64,000 nucleotides of DNA from Octopus vulgaris (GCA_951406725.2 OX597818.1:36270001-36334000); one strand, 5' to 3'. Positions 1 to 12,450 are shown, counted from the stretch's first letter. Notes: generated from the letters alone by a model not told the origin. Program-made: numbers and translations.

Positions 1-335
1 ATATTTGATAAATAAATGACTGATAAATGGCGTAGGGTCACACCCAGAAAACTTTGTCTTCTGTGGAACTGAATATGTTTGAAAAAGAGTGAGCTGCAAA
101 GCAGGAAACTGATATAGAAGTTCTACTCATACGACTTCACTTGGCTACAAACATTATAGAGAAAAGGTTGGCACTTGCAGGGGAAGGCCTTTAAATCTTC
201 ACTGATAGTTATCCTTATTGTGAATATAGCATAAAAATTTCAAGGACATTTCTTAATCATGAAAATAACGTACACATTATCAAGAAATATTTATTAGTTC
301 AGTTCCTACAATTGGTTGAACTTGCTTGTACATGT

Positions 336-624
336 GTGGAGGCACATGGCCTAGTGGTTAGAGCAGCGGACTCGCGGTCGAGGGATCACAAGTGATGTGT
401 GTGTTTATGAGCGAAACACCTAAGCTCTACGCGGCTCCGGCAGAAGATAATGGCGAACTTCTTCTGACTCTTTCGCCATAAGTTTCTCTCACTCTTTCCT
501 CCTGCATCTAGCAGCTTACCTGTGACGGACCGACGTCCCGTTCAGGTGGGTAACCTATACACCAAGGAAACCGAGAAACCGGCCGTTATGAGCCAGGCGT
601 GGCTCGAGAAGGAACAAACAACAA
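336..624 (+). mobile_element. tRNA-derived SINE with V-domain-like body
   Basis: A-box head TGGCCTAGTGGTTAG; V-SINE-like GTGACGGACCGACGTCCCGTTCAGG; (CAA)-rich tail; 11-bp TSD CTTGTACATGT at 325-335 and 625-635. Confidence 0.85.
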
Positions 625-1115
625 CTTGTACATGTACTTGCAGCGGCATTCATCCAGCTCCGATCAACGAGTAGTTCATGTTCGGAGTTTCAGTGGAAAA
701 ACAAGTTTACATGTGGTACTCGGTCACATGCATACACACTTTGAGATAGCGTGATCCGTAGCAGTCCATTTTGCCGTCGATTACCACCACCGATTGTCAG
801 AGTAGATGCACCCTGAGATTAAAGTAGGTTCTAAAGATATGTCTTAACAAAATCTAAGATATGCCTCACTCCCAGCTGTCACCCAGCACGCCGGACACCA
901 ACCCGGAATTTCTAAGGGTTGGTGCTACTTAGCTGTGCAAAAAAATATGGTGCTGTTTAAGCCAAATAATTTTAGTTAAGTTCACTCCTGCACCAGTAGC
1001 AGATTATGCTGATTATAAGCAAGGGGATAGTTTTCCCCTGCTTCTAAGTAACACCACTGCACTGCTGCCTATCACATACGTGTCAATACTATTTGCAATG
1101 AGATTGTTCCCTACT

Positions 1116-1526
1116 TATTTCTTTATTGCCCACAAGGGGCTAAACATAGAGGGGACAAACAAGGACAGATAAACGGATTAAGTCGATTACATCGATTCCA
1201 GTGCGTAAATGGTACTTAATTTATCGATCTCCAAAGGATGAAAGGCAAAGTCGACCTCGGCGGAATTTGAACTCGGCACGCAACGGCTGACGAAATACCC
1301 ATTTCTTTACTACCCACAAGGGGCTAAACACAGAGGGGACAAACAAGGACAGACAAACGGATTAAGTCGATTATATCGGCCCCAGTGCGTAACTGGTACT
1401 TAATTTATCGACCCCGAAAGGATGAAAGGCAAAGTCTACCTCGGCGGAATTTGAACACAGAACGTAGCGGCAGACGAAATACCGCTAAGCATTTCGCCCG
1501 GCGTGCTAACGTTTCTGCCAGCTCGC
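1116..1526 (-). mobile_element. Head-to-tail dimer of a Meta-domain-like tRNA SINE
   Basis: Two copies of the unit containing (minus strand) GCCTTTCATCCTTTCGGGGTCGATAAATTAAGTACC; one 12-bp TSD TTGTTCCCTACT at 1104-1115 and 1527-1538 flanks both. Confidence 0.88.
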
Positions 1527-1898
1527 TTGTTCCCTACTATGAGACATTTTTTTTTGTGTGTGTGTACACACTGGGGGATTTTTTTTCGTGTGTTTGTTAG
1601 CATTTTTTTCTTTCGTTTTAAAAAAAATACATTTCCGTCGGAACGCTTTTCAGGAAAAAAAAAAATCAATATGATGAAAGGTTTCACGTTACGGAATTCT
1701 GAATTACGACAACATTTTCTGGAACACAATATTCTGTAACATGACCAGTTCATAACACTCTACACATTCATAATAAAGGTGTGTTGCTTAGTGTTTAGAA
1801 GTGTTAGATTAGCGATCGCAAGGTCATGATTTTGTTTCCAGGATTCAATGGCAAAGCAATTTTATTGACTTTACGTCCGTCCACTTACTTACAAACTA

Positions 1899-2333
1899 GG
1901 GATCTTTTCGGTTTGAACGGCAGTTTTTTCTAGCGGTGTCATATGAAATTGTCACCCATAATTATGACCCTAGTATCGATCTATTGCATTTCAATCTATT
2001 TTAGGGTTAGGGTTAGTTAGGGTTATGGGTGGGGGGAAGGGTATCTTTTTTTCTTCACATATGTAAATATACCCAATCTGTTTCTAAAACGAGGGACATA
2101 TTCATACGACACAGAATGTTTTTTTTTAACTCAATGGACGTCAGTGATTGGTTGAAATTGCAGAAATTGAAGAAAAAAAAACAACAAATATCTTATAAAC
2201 TATAGAATTTTCTCAATAAAGCCAAGAGAAAAAGATGTTTTATAAACACTTTCTACCAGTATACGAAGTTTAAAAGTGTTTAGTTACGTGGAAGTTATTT
2301 TTAAAAAACTGCCCATCAAACCGAAAAGATCCC
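1899..2333. mobile_element. Non-autonomous DNA transposon (MITE) with internal TTAGGG repeats, copy 1
   Basis: About 30-bp TIRs GGGATCTTTTCGGTTTGAACGGCAGTTTTT / AAAAACTGCCCATCAAACCGAAAAGATCCC; near-TSD AAACTA/ATACTA; homologous to 4505-4932 and 34176-34574. Confidence 0.9.
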
Positions 2334-2773
2334 ATACTAGTACCAATGAGAGCTGACGGTGACCTCCGGTGATGGATTGCCAACCCGTTCAGTAGGACGT
2401 GTTGCACTCTCGTTCGCTTGTACGCTATGGAAGCCTGACAAAGCTCCGGCACTGATGAGAGTGCACTGTCGTGAAAAACTTTGGTGTAAGTCGCGTCTCT
2501 AATGAAGATGTATACTGATAACTCTCCTAAACAATGGTGTATGATTATATAGCTTGCGTTTAGTTAGTGTTACGAACGACGTAATGAATACGTATTACGT
2601 AAAATAGTCAAACAAGCAGTATCGATAAATTAACAAGCATAGTCATAAAGAGATATAAACACACGCACAAAGATATATATATATACATCGATTCATACAC
2701 ATATATGTATGTATATACACACATATACACACATACATAGAAACATGCATACATACGTATTTGTGTGCGTGTT

Positions 2774-2809
<36 letters not shown>

Positions 2810-2812
2810 CAC

Positions 2813-2918
2813 GCACGTAAAATACTTTTTCTATTCCTGAACGTTATACTAATACATCTGTTTGTTTTGTACAGCACCTGTCTTCGTCTTTTGGTTTTTT
2901 TTTCGTAACCTCTCCCTA
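2813..2918 (+). mobile_element. Penelope-like terminal fragment in (TA)n
   Basis: Similar to 6822-6918 (CCTGARCGTTAWACTAATACATCTGTTTGTT...CACCTGTCTTC...CTCCC) and abuts a (TA)n tract; Penelope assignment is an inference. Confidence 0.55.
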
Positions 2919-2938
2919 TATATATATACATACATATA

Positions 2939-2979
<41 letters not shown>

Positions 2980-3001
2980 ACATACATATATATATATACA
3001 C

Positions 3002-3084
<83 letters not shown>

Positions 3085-3735
3085 ATATATATACATATAT
3101 ATATGTATATATATATATCGTAGGCTTTATCCCATAGTCACATGCTGTAATGATTCCAGTTTCGTATTTCTCTCTTCGATCTTCTCCCTCTCTCTCTCAC
3201 TCCATTTTCCATTTTCGCTCTAAACCTCCGTAACACTTCTCTCTCATTTTGTCACACATTCTCATTCGTTAATAAATGCTTATGTACATTCTCGCAATAT
3301 ATTTTTTTGCTATTTTCTTTCTTCTTGCTTTCTCGTTCTGCGTTTTGGCTTTCGTCCTATTTCAATACATTACGAAAAAAATAAATAAATAAATAAATAA
3401 ATAAATAAATACTGCACCACGTGTTTACGTCCTACGCACCGTATCGCCGGCAGCGAGTTCAGTTTTGCATCCCTGATGTAAGCATTCCACTTTATATATG
3501 ATAAAAATAACTTTTGGAAAATCCCTTTTCGACATATTTTTCGTGAGGGGCTTCATAGCGTCGCGCGGTTTCAAATCATGACCTAGTCATTGATGCCTCC
3601 ATTGCGTTGCAAGCATTTGTGCTGGGTCTTTGATTTTAGGATAATTGCTTCCCTTTAACCCACGGATGTTGGCGGTTCTCTTCCCGTTGCTTCTCCTTCA
3701 TAGTCAAAGTTCCAGGAAGATTACTCTGAATATTA

Positions 3736-3736
3736 A

Positions 3737-3767
<31 letters not shown>

Positions 3768-4016
3768 AGGCGCCCTTTTAAAGCCTAGCCAGGCTCATGG
3801 GCCCGTTTTCCCGGTTTCAATGGCGTATGTGTTCCGCAGCTGGACGGGACGCCAGTCCATCGCAGCGGTACTCATTTTTGCCAGCTGTGTGGACTGGAGC
3901 AACGTGAAATGAAGTGGTTTGCTCAAGAACACAACGCGTCGCTCGGTCCAGGAATTGAAACCACAATCTTACGATCATGGTGCTGACACCCTAACCACTA
4001 AGCCACGCGCCTCCAC
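3736..4016 (-). mobile_element. tRNA-derived CORE/V-type SINE
   Basis: Minus strand GGAGGCGCGTGGCTTAGTGGTTAG head, B-box-like GGTTTCAATTCC, V-domain CTGCGATGGACTGGCGTCCCGTCCAG, (TTTA)n tail; 13-bp TSD ACTCTGAATATTA at 3723-3735 and 4017-4029. Confidence 0.9.
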
Positions 4017-4252
4017 ACTCTGAATATTAGTGTAACAGATTTCAAAGATTAGGACTAAAATCTTTGGTCACTGATTCGTTGATACGGTTTCGATTCTCAG
4101 TCAAGAAGTGTACAAATCTCACACCTATTCATCTAACACAATCGCACGATAACTTCAACGGTGTTTGCATTTACTCAAAATTGAATAGTTGTGTATGTCG
4201 TTAATATATCATAAGTTTTGATGGTTAGAAACCGATTCTGCATAACATATTT

Positions 4253-4932
4253 TGGATCTTTTCGGTTTGAACGGCAGTTTTTTCTAGCGGTGTCATATAA
4301 AATTGTCACCCATAATTATGTTGAAATCCCTTCAAGGTCAACTTTGCCTCTCAAGCTTTCGGAATCGCTAAGTTCGATAAAATATAGTACCAGTTAAGTA
4401 CTGGGTCAATAGAATCGTCTAAACCTTTCCCTTCCGTAGTGTTGGTCTTGTTCCTCAATCAGAAACCATTGTTTAATATAAAATTAGCCCTGAGATGGAC
4501 TGAAGGGATCTTTTCGGTTTGAACGGCAGTTTTTTCTAGCGGTGTCATATGAAATTGTCACCCATAATTATGATCCTAGTATCGATCTATTGCATTTCAA
4601 TCTGTTTTAGGGTTAGGGTTAGTTAGGGTTAGGGGTGGGTGGAAGGGTATCTTTTTTCTTCAGAAATGTAAATAAACCCAATCTGTTTCTTAAACGAAGG
4701 ACATATTCATACGGCACAGAATGTTTTCACCTCAATAGATGTCAATGACTGGTTGAAATTGCAGAAATTGAAGAAAAAAAACAACAAATATCTTACAAAC
4801 TATAGAATTTTCTCAATAAAGCCAAGAGAAAAAGATGTTTTATATACACATTCTACCAGTATACGAAGCTTAAATGTGTCTAGTTACGTGGAAATTACTT
4901 TTAAAAACTGCCGTTCAAACCGATAAGATCCC
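4253..4932. mobile_element. Composite TTAGGG-MITE: left end + captured flank + full MITE (4505-4932)
   Basis: Left TIR fragment 4253-4320, foreign segment 4321-4504, full MITE 4505-4932; outer 6-bp TSD ATATTT at 4247-4252 and 4933-4938. Confidence 0.85.
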
Positions 4933-5099
4933 ATATTTTCACTGAAGTTTACCATTAAGAACTGTGAGCATTCTGCTCCTACATCTAGGACATTTTTTCT
5001 CGGTCCATTATAATTTTGAGAGTAGTGACAACAGTGTTGTCCTTCTAACTGTCGTGGAAGCATATCGTACTAGGTCTACTCCGTTTTAAATCGTGGTTT

Positions 5100-5512
5100 A
5101 AGGTGGCGAGCTAACAAAATCGTCAGTGCTTCGGACAAAATGCTTATCGGATTTTCTTTCGGCTCTTTACGTTCTGCACCCAAATACGCCGTTCAAGAAT
5201 TTGGACCTGGAGATCTCCATTTCCGGCGACTTCGAGGGCCACCTCCCAGTGGTTTCGGGCGTCAACGAAGAGCCCTCGACTACAATAAGACGACCAAAGA
5301 TTTTTCTTTTTCCAAGGTCTGGGGTCTCCCGCCCCTAAGTCCTAGACCATCACCTAATCATCCTTACGCGTCTTGTTGCTTAACCACAACAGCACCCAAA
5401 TACTGCCGAGGTCAACTTTGCCTTTCATCCTTTCGAGGTTGCTAAAATAAATACCACTGAACACTAAGGTTCTTCCCCAATAATTTCTAAATTTGTGAGA
5501 ACATTTGAAACC
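5100..5512 (+). mobile_element. Meta-domain-like SINE interrupted by a 204-bp insertion
   Basis: Head AAGGTGGCGAGCTAACAAAATCG at 5100; resumes with GCCGAGGTCAACTTTGCCTTTCATCCTTTCGAGG near 5405; insert 5188-5391 is bounded by GCACCCAAATAC direct repeats. Confidence 0.75.
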
Positions 5513-5774
5513 ATAAATCGCGTTGTGGAAGAAGAATTCCAAGCACATGATTTCGATGCTGTTTTAAAGATAGTCCATTTGATTAATTCGTTGTTATCAT
5601 TGTGAAAGCCGTTAGATGTGACGACGCTCGATTATCATTACTCCATCACCCGAAAAATCTGGCAGACTTATATCCACTCCTTGAACGTTAATAAATAAGA
5701 TTATCACAGTGTGTCAAAAGTAAAGTTATAGCTAGGAAGAGAGAGAGAGAGAGGGGAGATAATAATAATAATAT

Positions 5775-6105
5775 TGAGATACGCTCCTCTGTTTCTGAAA
5801 TGGACAAAACCCGAGTTACAGAACTTGATAAAACTAGAAAGCAGCTCAAAATGTACGATGTACAATGCACACCACTCTAAAAGTAATACCAACAAAATCT
5901 ACCTACAAGAAAGAAAGGTGGTAGAGGGTTACTAAACGCAGAAGACTCTGTTAATACTGCGATACTGGGTCTGAAAACTTATGTTGTGCCGAGAATACCG
6001 TCGACAACCAGAGATAATCAAATGTGACCGAAACAGGAGAATTCAAAGAGAGGGATGAGCAACAGATCAAATAAATGGAAACAAATAGAACTACAGGGCC
6101 AATTC
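5775..6105 (+). pseudogene. R4/Dong-like non-LTR retrotransposon ORF fragment (RT C-terminal region), frameshifted
   Basis: Manual translation across frameshifts gives WTKPELQNL..KTRKQLKMY..NAHHSKSNTNKIYL.RKKGGRGLLNAED..WKQIELQGQF, matching R4-clade motifs (HPKSDVDRLYLPRxxGGRGL, LHGQF); it follows an (AAT)n tract. Confidence 0.75.
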
Positions 6106-6918
6106 AACACCCCTCCCCCTCCCCTCTCCCTCTCACACCTACTTCATCCCATCAACTTCTGTCTTGCTCCGAATCCTACTTCATCTCTTCACTCCTACTC
6201 TCCTCTCTTCTCTTCACTCCTACCCATCTTCTCCCTTCCCCCTCTCCTTTCATTATCACCCCTACCTCGTAACACCACCCCTACACAATCCAACCCCACC
6301 TTTCCTATCCATCCCATCCCATCCTACCCCATCCCTTACACCCACTCTCACATACCCCACCTCTACCCCCACCCTCAGCCTAACCCACATCCCACCCTTG
6401 CTTTCCCTACTTACGCTTTCCCCACACCCCACCCTTGCTTTCTCTACTCTCGCCTCCCCCACATCTCAACACCACCCACATACCATACACCACCATACCA
6501 CACAACACCACATCACATCACACCAACACGCACACACTAGCACCACTTCGCAGCCCCACACCACCATACACACACCTACACATACGCACACGTCAAGGTC
6601 ACCAGACCTCTTCCACACACACATACATGCTCTCTTATACACACACACGCACACCTCCATTTTGGGATCACCACTACTTTATTATCTCCCCTTCTTCCTA
6701 GCTCTCCTGTGTGATCCCTCTGTCCGGCATTCAACATGATAGATCGCTAGCCACTACACATTCTTTATTTTCTCTCCTTGTTTCTTTCTGTGTTCCTTTC
6801 TGTGAAAGAGTGTAGGCTCGAAACGTTAAAGACTTTTCACTTCCTGAGCGTTAAACTAATACATCTGTTTGTTGTCTATACCACCTGTCTTCCTCTTTTG
6901 TTTTTGTGGATTCTCCCT
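6106..6918 (+). mobile_element. C-rich low-complexity region ending in a Penelope-like terminal repeat
   Basis: C/A-rich tract, then ...GAGTGTAGGCTCGAAACGTTAAAGAC...CACCTGTCTTCCTCTTTTG...CTCCC into (TA)n; the 3' end is shared with 2813-2918. Confidence 0.5.
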
Positions 6919-7034
6919 ATATATACATACATATACATACATACATATGTATATGGATGTATATATGCATATATATATACACACTCACGCGCGCACGCAC
7001 ATACACACACACACACACACACATATATACAGAG

Positions 7035-8175
7035 ATTGGGCAGTTGAAGCCAATGGTGCCTTTTCTGAGAAAACTCAAATCCCAAGTCCTGTCTCCCTAG
7101 GGAACTCTTCTGGGGCAATTACTGCTCATAATTGTCCGTTTAGACATGCCCACAGTAACTCGGACATACACTGTAACTAGCTATGTCGATGATACAAAAT
7201 TATCACAGGTAATAAAAAGCCAAGATGACGTCGCAAGCTTACATCGGGATCTGAAATCGATATACAAGTGGGCCGAAATAAACAACATGCTGTTCAACGT
7301 TGGAAAATTTCAAACACTGCATTATCAACTCACGTGTGCACTACAGGACCCAAAAGCACAACAATCCTAGAGTCATCGGCAGTGAAAGGCTTGAGAATCA
7401 GTACGTCCAAAGACGCATCATTTTATATGCACATTATCAAGATGGCTGCAAAGTGCAGACAACTAGCAGGGTGGATACTGAGGTCCTTCAAGACAAGAGA
7501 CCAAGAAACTATGTTGACCCTGTGGAGAACGTTTGTTTTCAGATGCCTGGACTACTGCTCCCAGTTAAGGTCACCACATAGTACCAAACTAGCAGCAAAG
7601 CTTGAGGAAGTCCAATGCCACCACAATAACAAGATTAAGACAGTGCAGCGGATGAGCTACGGAGATAGGCTGAGAAAACTGAAACTTTACTCTCTGGAGC
7701 GAAAGCGTGAGAGATATGCAATAATGGAAAGCTCTAGAGGGGCTAGTACATAATTTCGGCATTGAGTGTTATACAAATACCAGAATTGCCCGCCATTGTA
7801 TTGTACCAAAGATACCATCCACACCATCTAAATTCAGGTCCAGGTACTGCAATAGTCTAGAGTTCAAAGGCCCAAAGCTCTTTCCTGCCCTGCCACAAAA
7901 ATTAAGAAATCTGCACAAAGTTGGAAATAGATGTCTCCAAAAAGGAACTAAACATCTTCCTCTCCACAATACCGGATAAACTAACAGCCCGACATGTGGC
8001 GCAGACGAGGGCAGCAGAAACAAACTTCCTTATACACCGATTGAGCCAACAGCTGGGATAAATGCACATACAGGAGTGGTGATGTGAAACGCTCCAGACT
8101 GAGGAAATCAGAAAGACCACGGTGGTGCACCAGCATGACCGTAGCCGCATGACTGAAATGAGTAAAGGAATAGAA

Positions 8176-8177
<2 letters not shown>
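7035..8177 (+). pseudogene. CR1-like LINE 3' fragment (reverse transcriptase), decayed
   Basis: SYVDDTKL..DLKSIYKWAEINNMLFNVGKF and WILRSFKTRD..LDYCSQL..MSYGDRLRKLKLYSLERKRERY in shifted frames (ORFs 7146-7370 and 7268-7753); ends at (TA)n. Confidence 0.88.
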
Positions 8178-8238
<61 letters not shown>

Positions 8239-8338
8239 TGTTAAACTGCATATTGATATGAATGAAAACATACCTATCTTTTGTATATATATAGCAATGC
8301 AGTTTGCTCTCTTCTTTAATAACTGCACGTTATATATG

Positions 8339-8390
<52 letters not shown>

Positions 8391-9917
8391 TTTTTATTAA
8401 AGATCAACTTTCTGACAAATCGCAAGCTAGTGATTGTGTATGTGAGTGTCTCACGAAATATCACATGACACAGAGCTGAACTCTTAAACACCCAGGTTCT
8501 GTGGCTGCATAAGGGTAGTATATGCAAAGTAAAGCTCACAAATTGATGTCGTTTAAAAACTATATAATTATTGTTAAAATATTCGAAGTAGATCGCATCA
8601 GCCTAAGTCAATTCATGGGGAATAAAAACTTGAGATATGCAGATATTTTAGAAAACAAAAAAGAAAAAAATCTTTTAACTACAATCATAGTTTTTGTTAG
8701 CATGATAATTAACGAATTATTCGTCAAATCGTAATATTGAGCGTTAATTTTACCCAGAAGTAAAGCTTTAAAAAAATGACAGGGGTAGCGGGATTGTCCT
8801 ACATGCAGGCGTCCTAAATACAGTTATATTAGAATGGGTTGTGGGAATCACGCACTCACTTAAGCTTCTTAGTCAAAATATCCCGCAGTGTACATCACGG
8901 CGATTAATCGAAAGCGAAAGTAAAAGTGAAAGTAGAAGATATGGAAAATAAGCAGATAAATAAACAAACAAACAAATAAATATTTTTTAAACGAAATTTT
9001 ATGTGAATGAGTGGAAGATAAATTCCGATTCATTCATTATTACACTAGCAGCTCCTTCTCACATCAGTTTTCCCTTCGATTCTTTTGACAGACACACAGA
9101 CATACTGACACACAGAGATACACCCACTCACCTTCTCTGGCACACTCATGAATGAAAATAAAACTGTCACGGGTTACGCTAACACCGACTACACCGTACA
9201 CATGATAACACTGTCACTTCAATCAATCACTATCATCGCCGTATCAAAACTACAAGCGTTGTTTGCCAGCACCGTTGTACTAATTTATGATCAGCAGTAC
9301 TGAAGTAGGAACACCATTAGCAGCAGCAGCAGCAGCAGCGACATCAGCAACATGTTACCCTTCCAATTACAGCACCGGCGCCGGTCTTCGAACACATTCG
9401 TACACGCACTTACGCACGCACACACACACACACGCATACTGCGCCACCGACAATACCACTGCCACCAACAGAATGCCTCATAACCAGCTTCTCTACCAAC
9501 AGCGCCAACATTCCACGCAAATCAGTCAATGGTGTGACTAGCATCACTACCATCATTAACAACAGCAGTAGTTATAACAAGAACAACAACACCACAACGC
9601 CATCAGCTCTAGATATTAACAAACAGGGTGGGGGGCATATGGGGCATGTTTTTTTTTCCACCGTCCTCTTTCCCTGAAACTGCAACCAAATACCTATCAT
9701 TACACCACACCGGAACATACCACTGCACACCATGAAATATATACAACAAACTACACAACTCACCGCTTCTCACCTCACGACAATAATACCACGACCACCA
9801 CCACAAACACTGCAAAGACGATGACGTTAACGACAACAACCACCAACCACTATCACCATCACCATACTAATACCAAGAGCAAGAGCCAGGAGAAAGAGAG
9901 GGAGAGAGAGTGAGAGA

Positions 9918-9951
<34 letters not shown>

Positions 9952-10687
9952 CATTTTATGGTCGCCTGGTTTACTAGAAATAGAAGTTAAATTTCCCTTC
10001 AAATCACACCTTGCTGTGTTAGGCATTTCTGATAACGTTGTCCTAGGTTACCTGCAAATAAAAAAACAAAAAACGCCGGTAATAGTGACGACTGGAATGT
10101 ATCTGATCACATGTTTGCTTGATAATGGCTGACCCATGGCCAAACAACAACAATAGCAATCACAGTAACAACACTAATAATACCACCACCACCACCACCA
10201 CCACCATCATTGCATTGGCCGCCGCCACCGCCGTTAAACTAATACCAAAGGCATTCATAACAAATACAACTGCTCTACTAACAGCAATAATACGAATGAC
10301 ATATATACCAGCGTCTGCACCACCACCATCACAATCACCAGGGCCGCCGCGACCATCACTACCACAACCACTACCTCCAGAAACACCACCGCTATAACCA
10401 CTACCACTACCACCACAATAGTCACAACCACTATAATTACACCGCCCCAACCAGCTCTAGCTTCATCCCCCACTACCATCACTATAACCACAGGACTCGC
10501 CCCGCCGCCACAACCACCAACACCACCACCAACAACAACAACAGCATAATATATGGGCCAAGACGAGATCCAGTATGCGATTGCACGATCTGTTAGAAAT
10601 AGCAGCCACATTCCTTCAAAGATCATTCGCTAGTGCCTTGAAAAGAGGAATGACACATCGAGGCCTAGATATACAAAAAGCCAGGAT

Positions 10688-10736
<49 letters not shown>

Positions 10737-11227
10737 TGTATGTGTGTGTGCGTGTGTGAATGTGTGTATGTGAGTGTATGTGTGTGTTTATGTGTGAGTG
10801 TGAATGTGAGTGTGCACCTGTGTGCATGTGAATTTGTGTATGTGAGTGTATGTGTGAGTGTGTGTGTGTGAATGTGCATGTGTGAGAGTGCACCTGTGTG
10901 TGTGTGTGTGTGAGAGTGTGTGTGTCTATGTGTGTGTATGTTGGGGAGATAGTTTGTTAGGAATGCTTTCGATCATAACTCTGCTGAATTAGGTCCGACC
11001 TGGGGTTAAACAACAGCAACAAAACCGAATCAATGCAAGCAGTATCGATTTCCGTCTCCTCACCCGCATACCACCCCGAACCACCCCACACCACATCAGC
11101 CTACCCTTACTGTTTCTACCCCAGCATCTTAGTACTTTGAACAACACAGAGCACACGAGAACTGACCTACTTTGTCAGATTTTTAAATCTTCGTCAAGAA
11201 ACTCAACTCTTCTTTACGTCTTATACA

Positions 11228-11270
<43 letters not shown>

Positions 11271-11657
11271 ACGGTACGTGATTCAAACGGTTTTATCAAT
11301 CAATTGCTCTAATCTTTTTCTTCTTCTTTTTCTTCTTCTTCTTCATCTTAATCATCATCAACATCCAAACCAGTACTACCACAATACTAGAACCAGCCCA
11401 ACCACCAACACCAACACCACAACCGCCATCATCTGTATCATCATCATCAGCATCAACTTCTTCCTCCTCCTCCTCCTCCTCATCATCATCATCATCACCA
11501 TCATCATCGTAGATACCATAATAGCCACCACCCTCACCACCGGCAACTTCATCATCATCATCATCATCATCATCGTCATAATCACGATAATTACCACCAT
11601 CACGAACATCCTAATCTCCAAAATAGCCACCACCAACTTTGTCGTCGTCGTCATCAC

Positions 11658-11688
<31 letters not shown>

Positions 11689-11824
11689 ATCGTCACCCTC
11701 ATCGTCACCGTCTTCTTCGTGGTGTCTTCTTCTATTTCTTCTTTTTTCTCTTCATTCAATCAGCCGACATCAGCTCAGCAGCCGGCATCACGTCAACGTA
11801 CTTAGCCCTGTTCTCGTAGCATAG

Positions 11825-12395
11825 CACTACGTAATACATAACCACATACATAACTCCGCACAAACGTACTCATAACACTGCGTAATACATAGACACAGAT
11901 ATATAACACTTAAACAGTAATACAAGTCTCCACACGAGCGTACACAAAAAAAAAACTGCGTAATACATATAAGAATCTACGTAACTGCACACAAACATAC
12001 AAGACACTATGTAATACGTATACACACAATACATAACGATAAATATACGACTCCACATGAACACATACAGCACTGCGTAATACATGCACAGGCATACATA
12101 GTAATATTATATGGCTCCATTGAAATATAAACGCATCACTTACGTAATACATACAAGCTCATATGGAAAAGTATAACACAAATATTCCAAACAAACATTC
12201 GCATTTGATTTGTGTAAAACATATAGATAATGCTGAATACTGATAGATAACTCCACACAAACATACACACATTTGGTGTGTATAGCTAACTATACACACC
12301 AAATAATATCATGTAATACATAATTTTAAAAAAAAAAAACAAAAAGATGTACATGCATGTGTAAAAAGAAAAATATAGCCGTGCGTAATATATAT
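11825..12395. repeat. Degenerate ~55-65 bp minisatellite
   Basis: Recurring CACTRYGTAATACATA alternating with CTCCACACAAACATAC-like blocks, about 8 units. Confidence 0.6.
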
Positions 12396-12450
12396 ATTGT
12401 ACTACGCACCCATGTACTCTCTCTTTCTCGATCTCTCGCTCTTAAACAAG

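Noticed and set aside
2000-2040. TTAGGG repeats as a telomere or fusion scar
   Set aside because: They are an internal part of a MITE present three times.
2452-2490. CTGATGA...GAAA hammerhead-like string
   Set aside because: No proper G-C closed stem II before GAAA and no convincing stems I and III.
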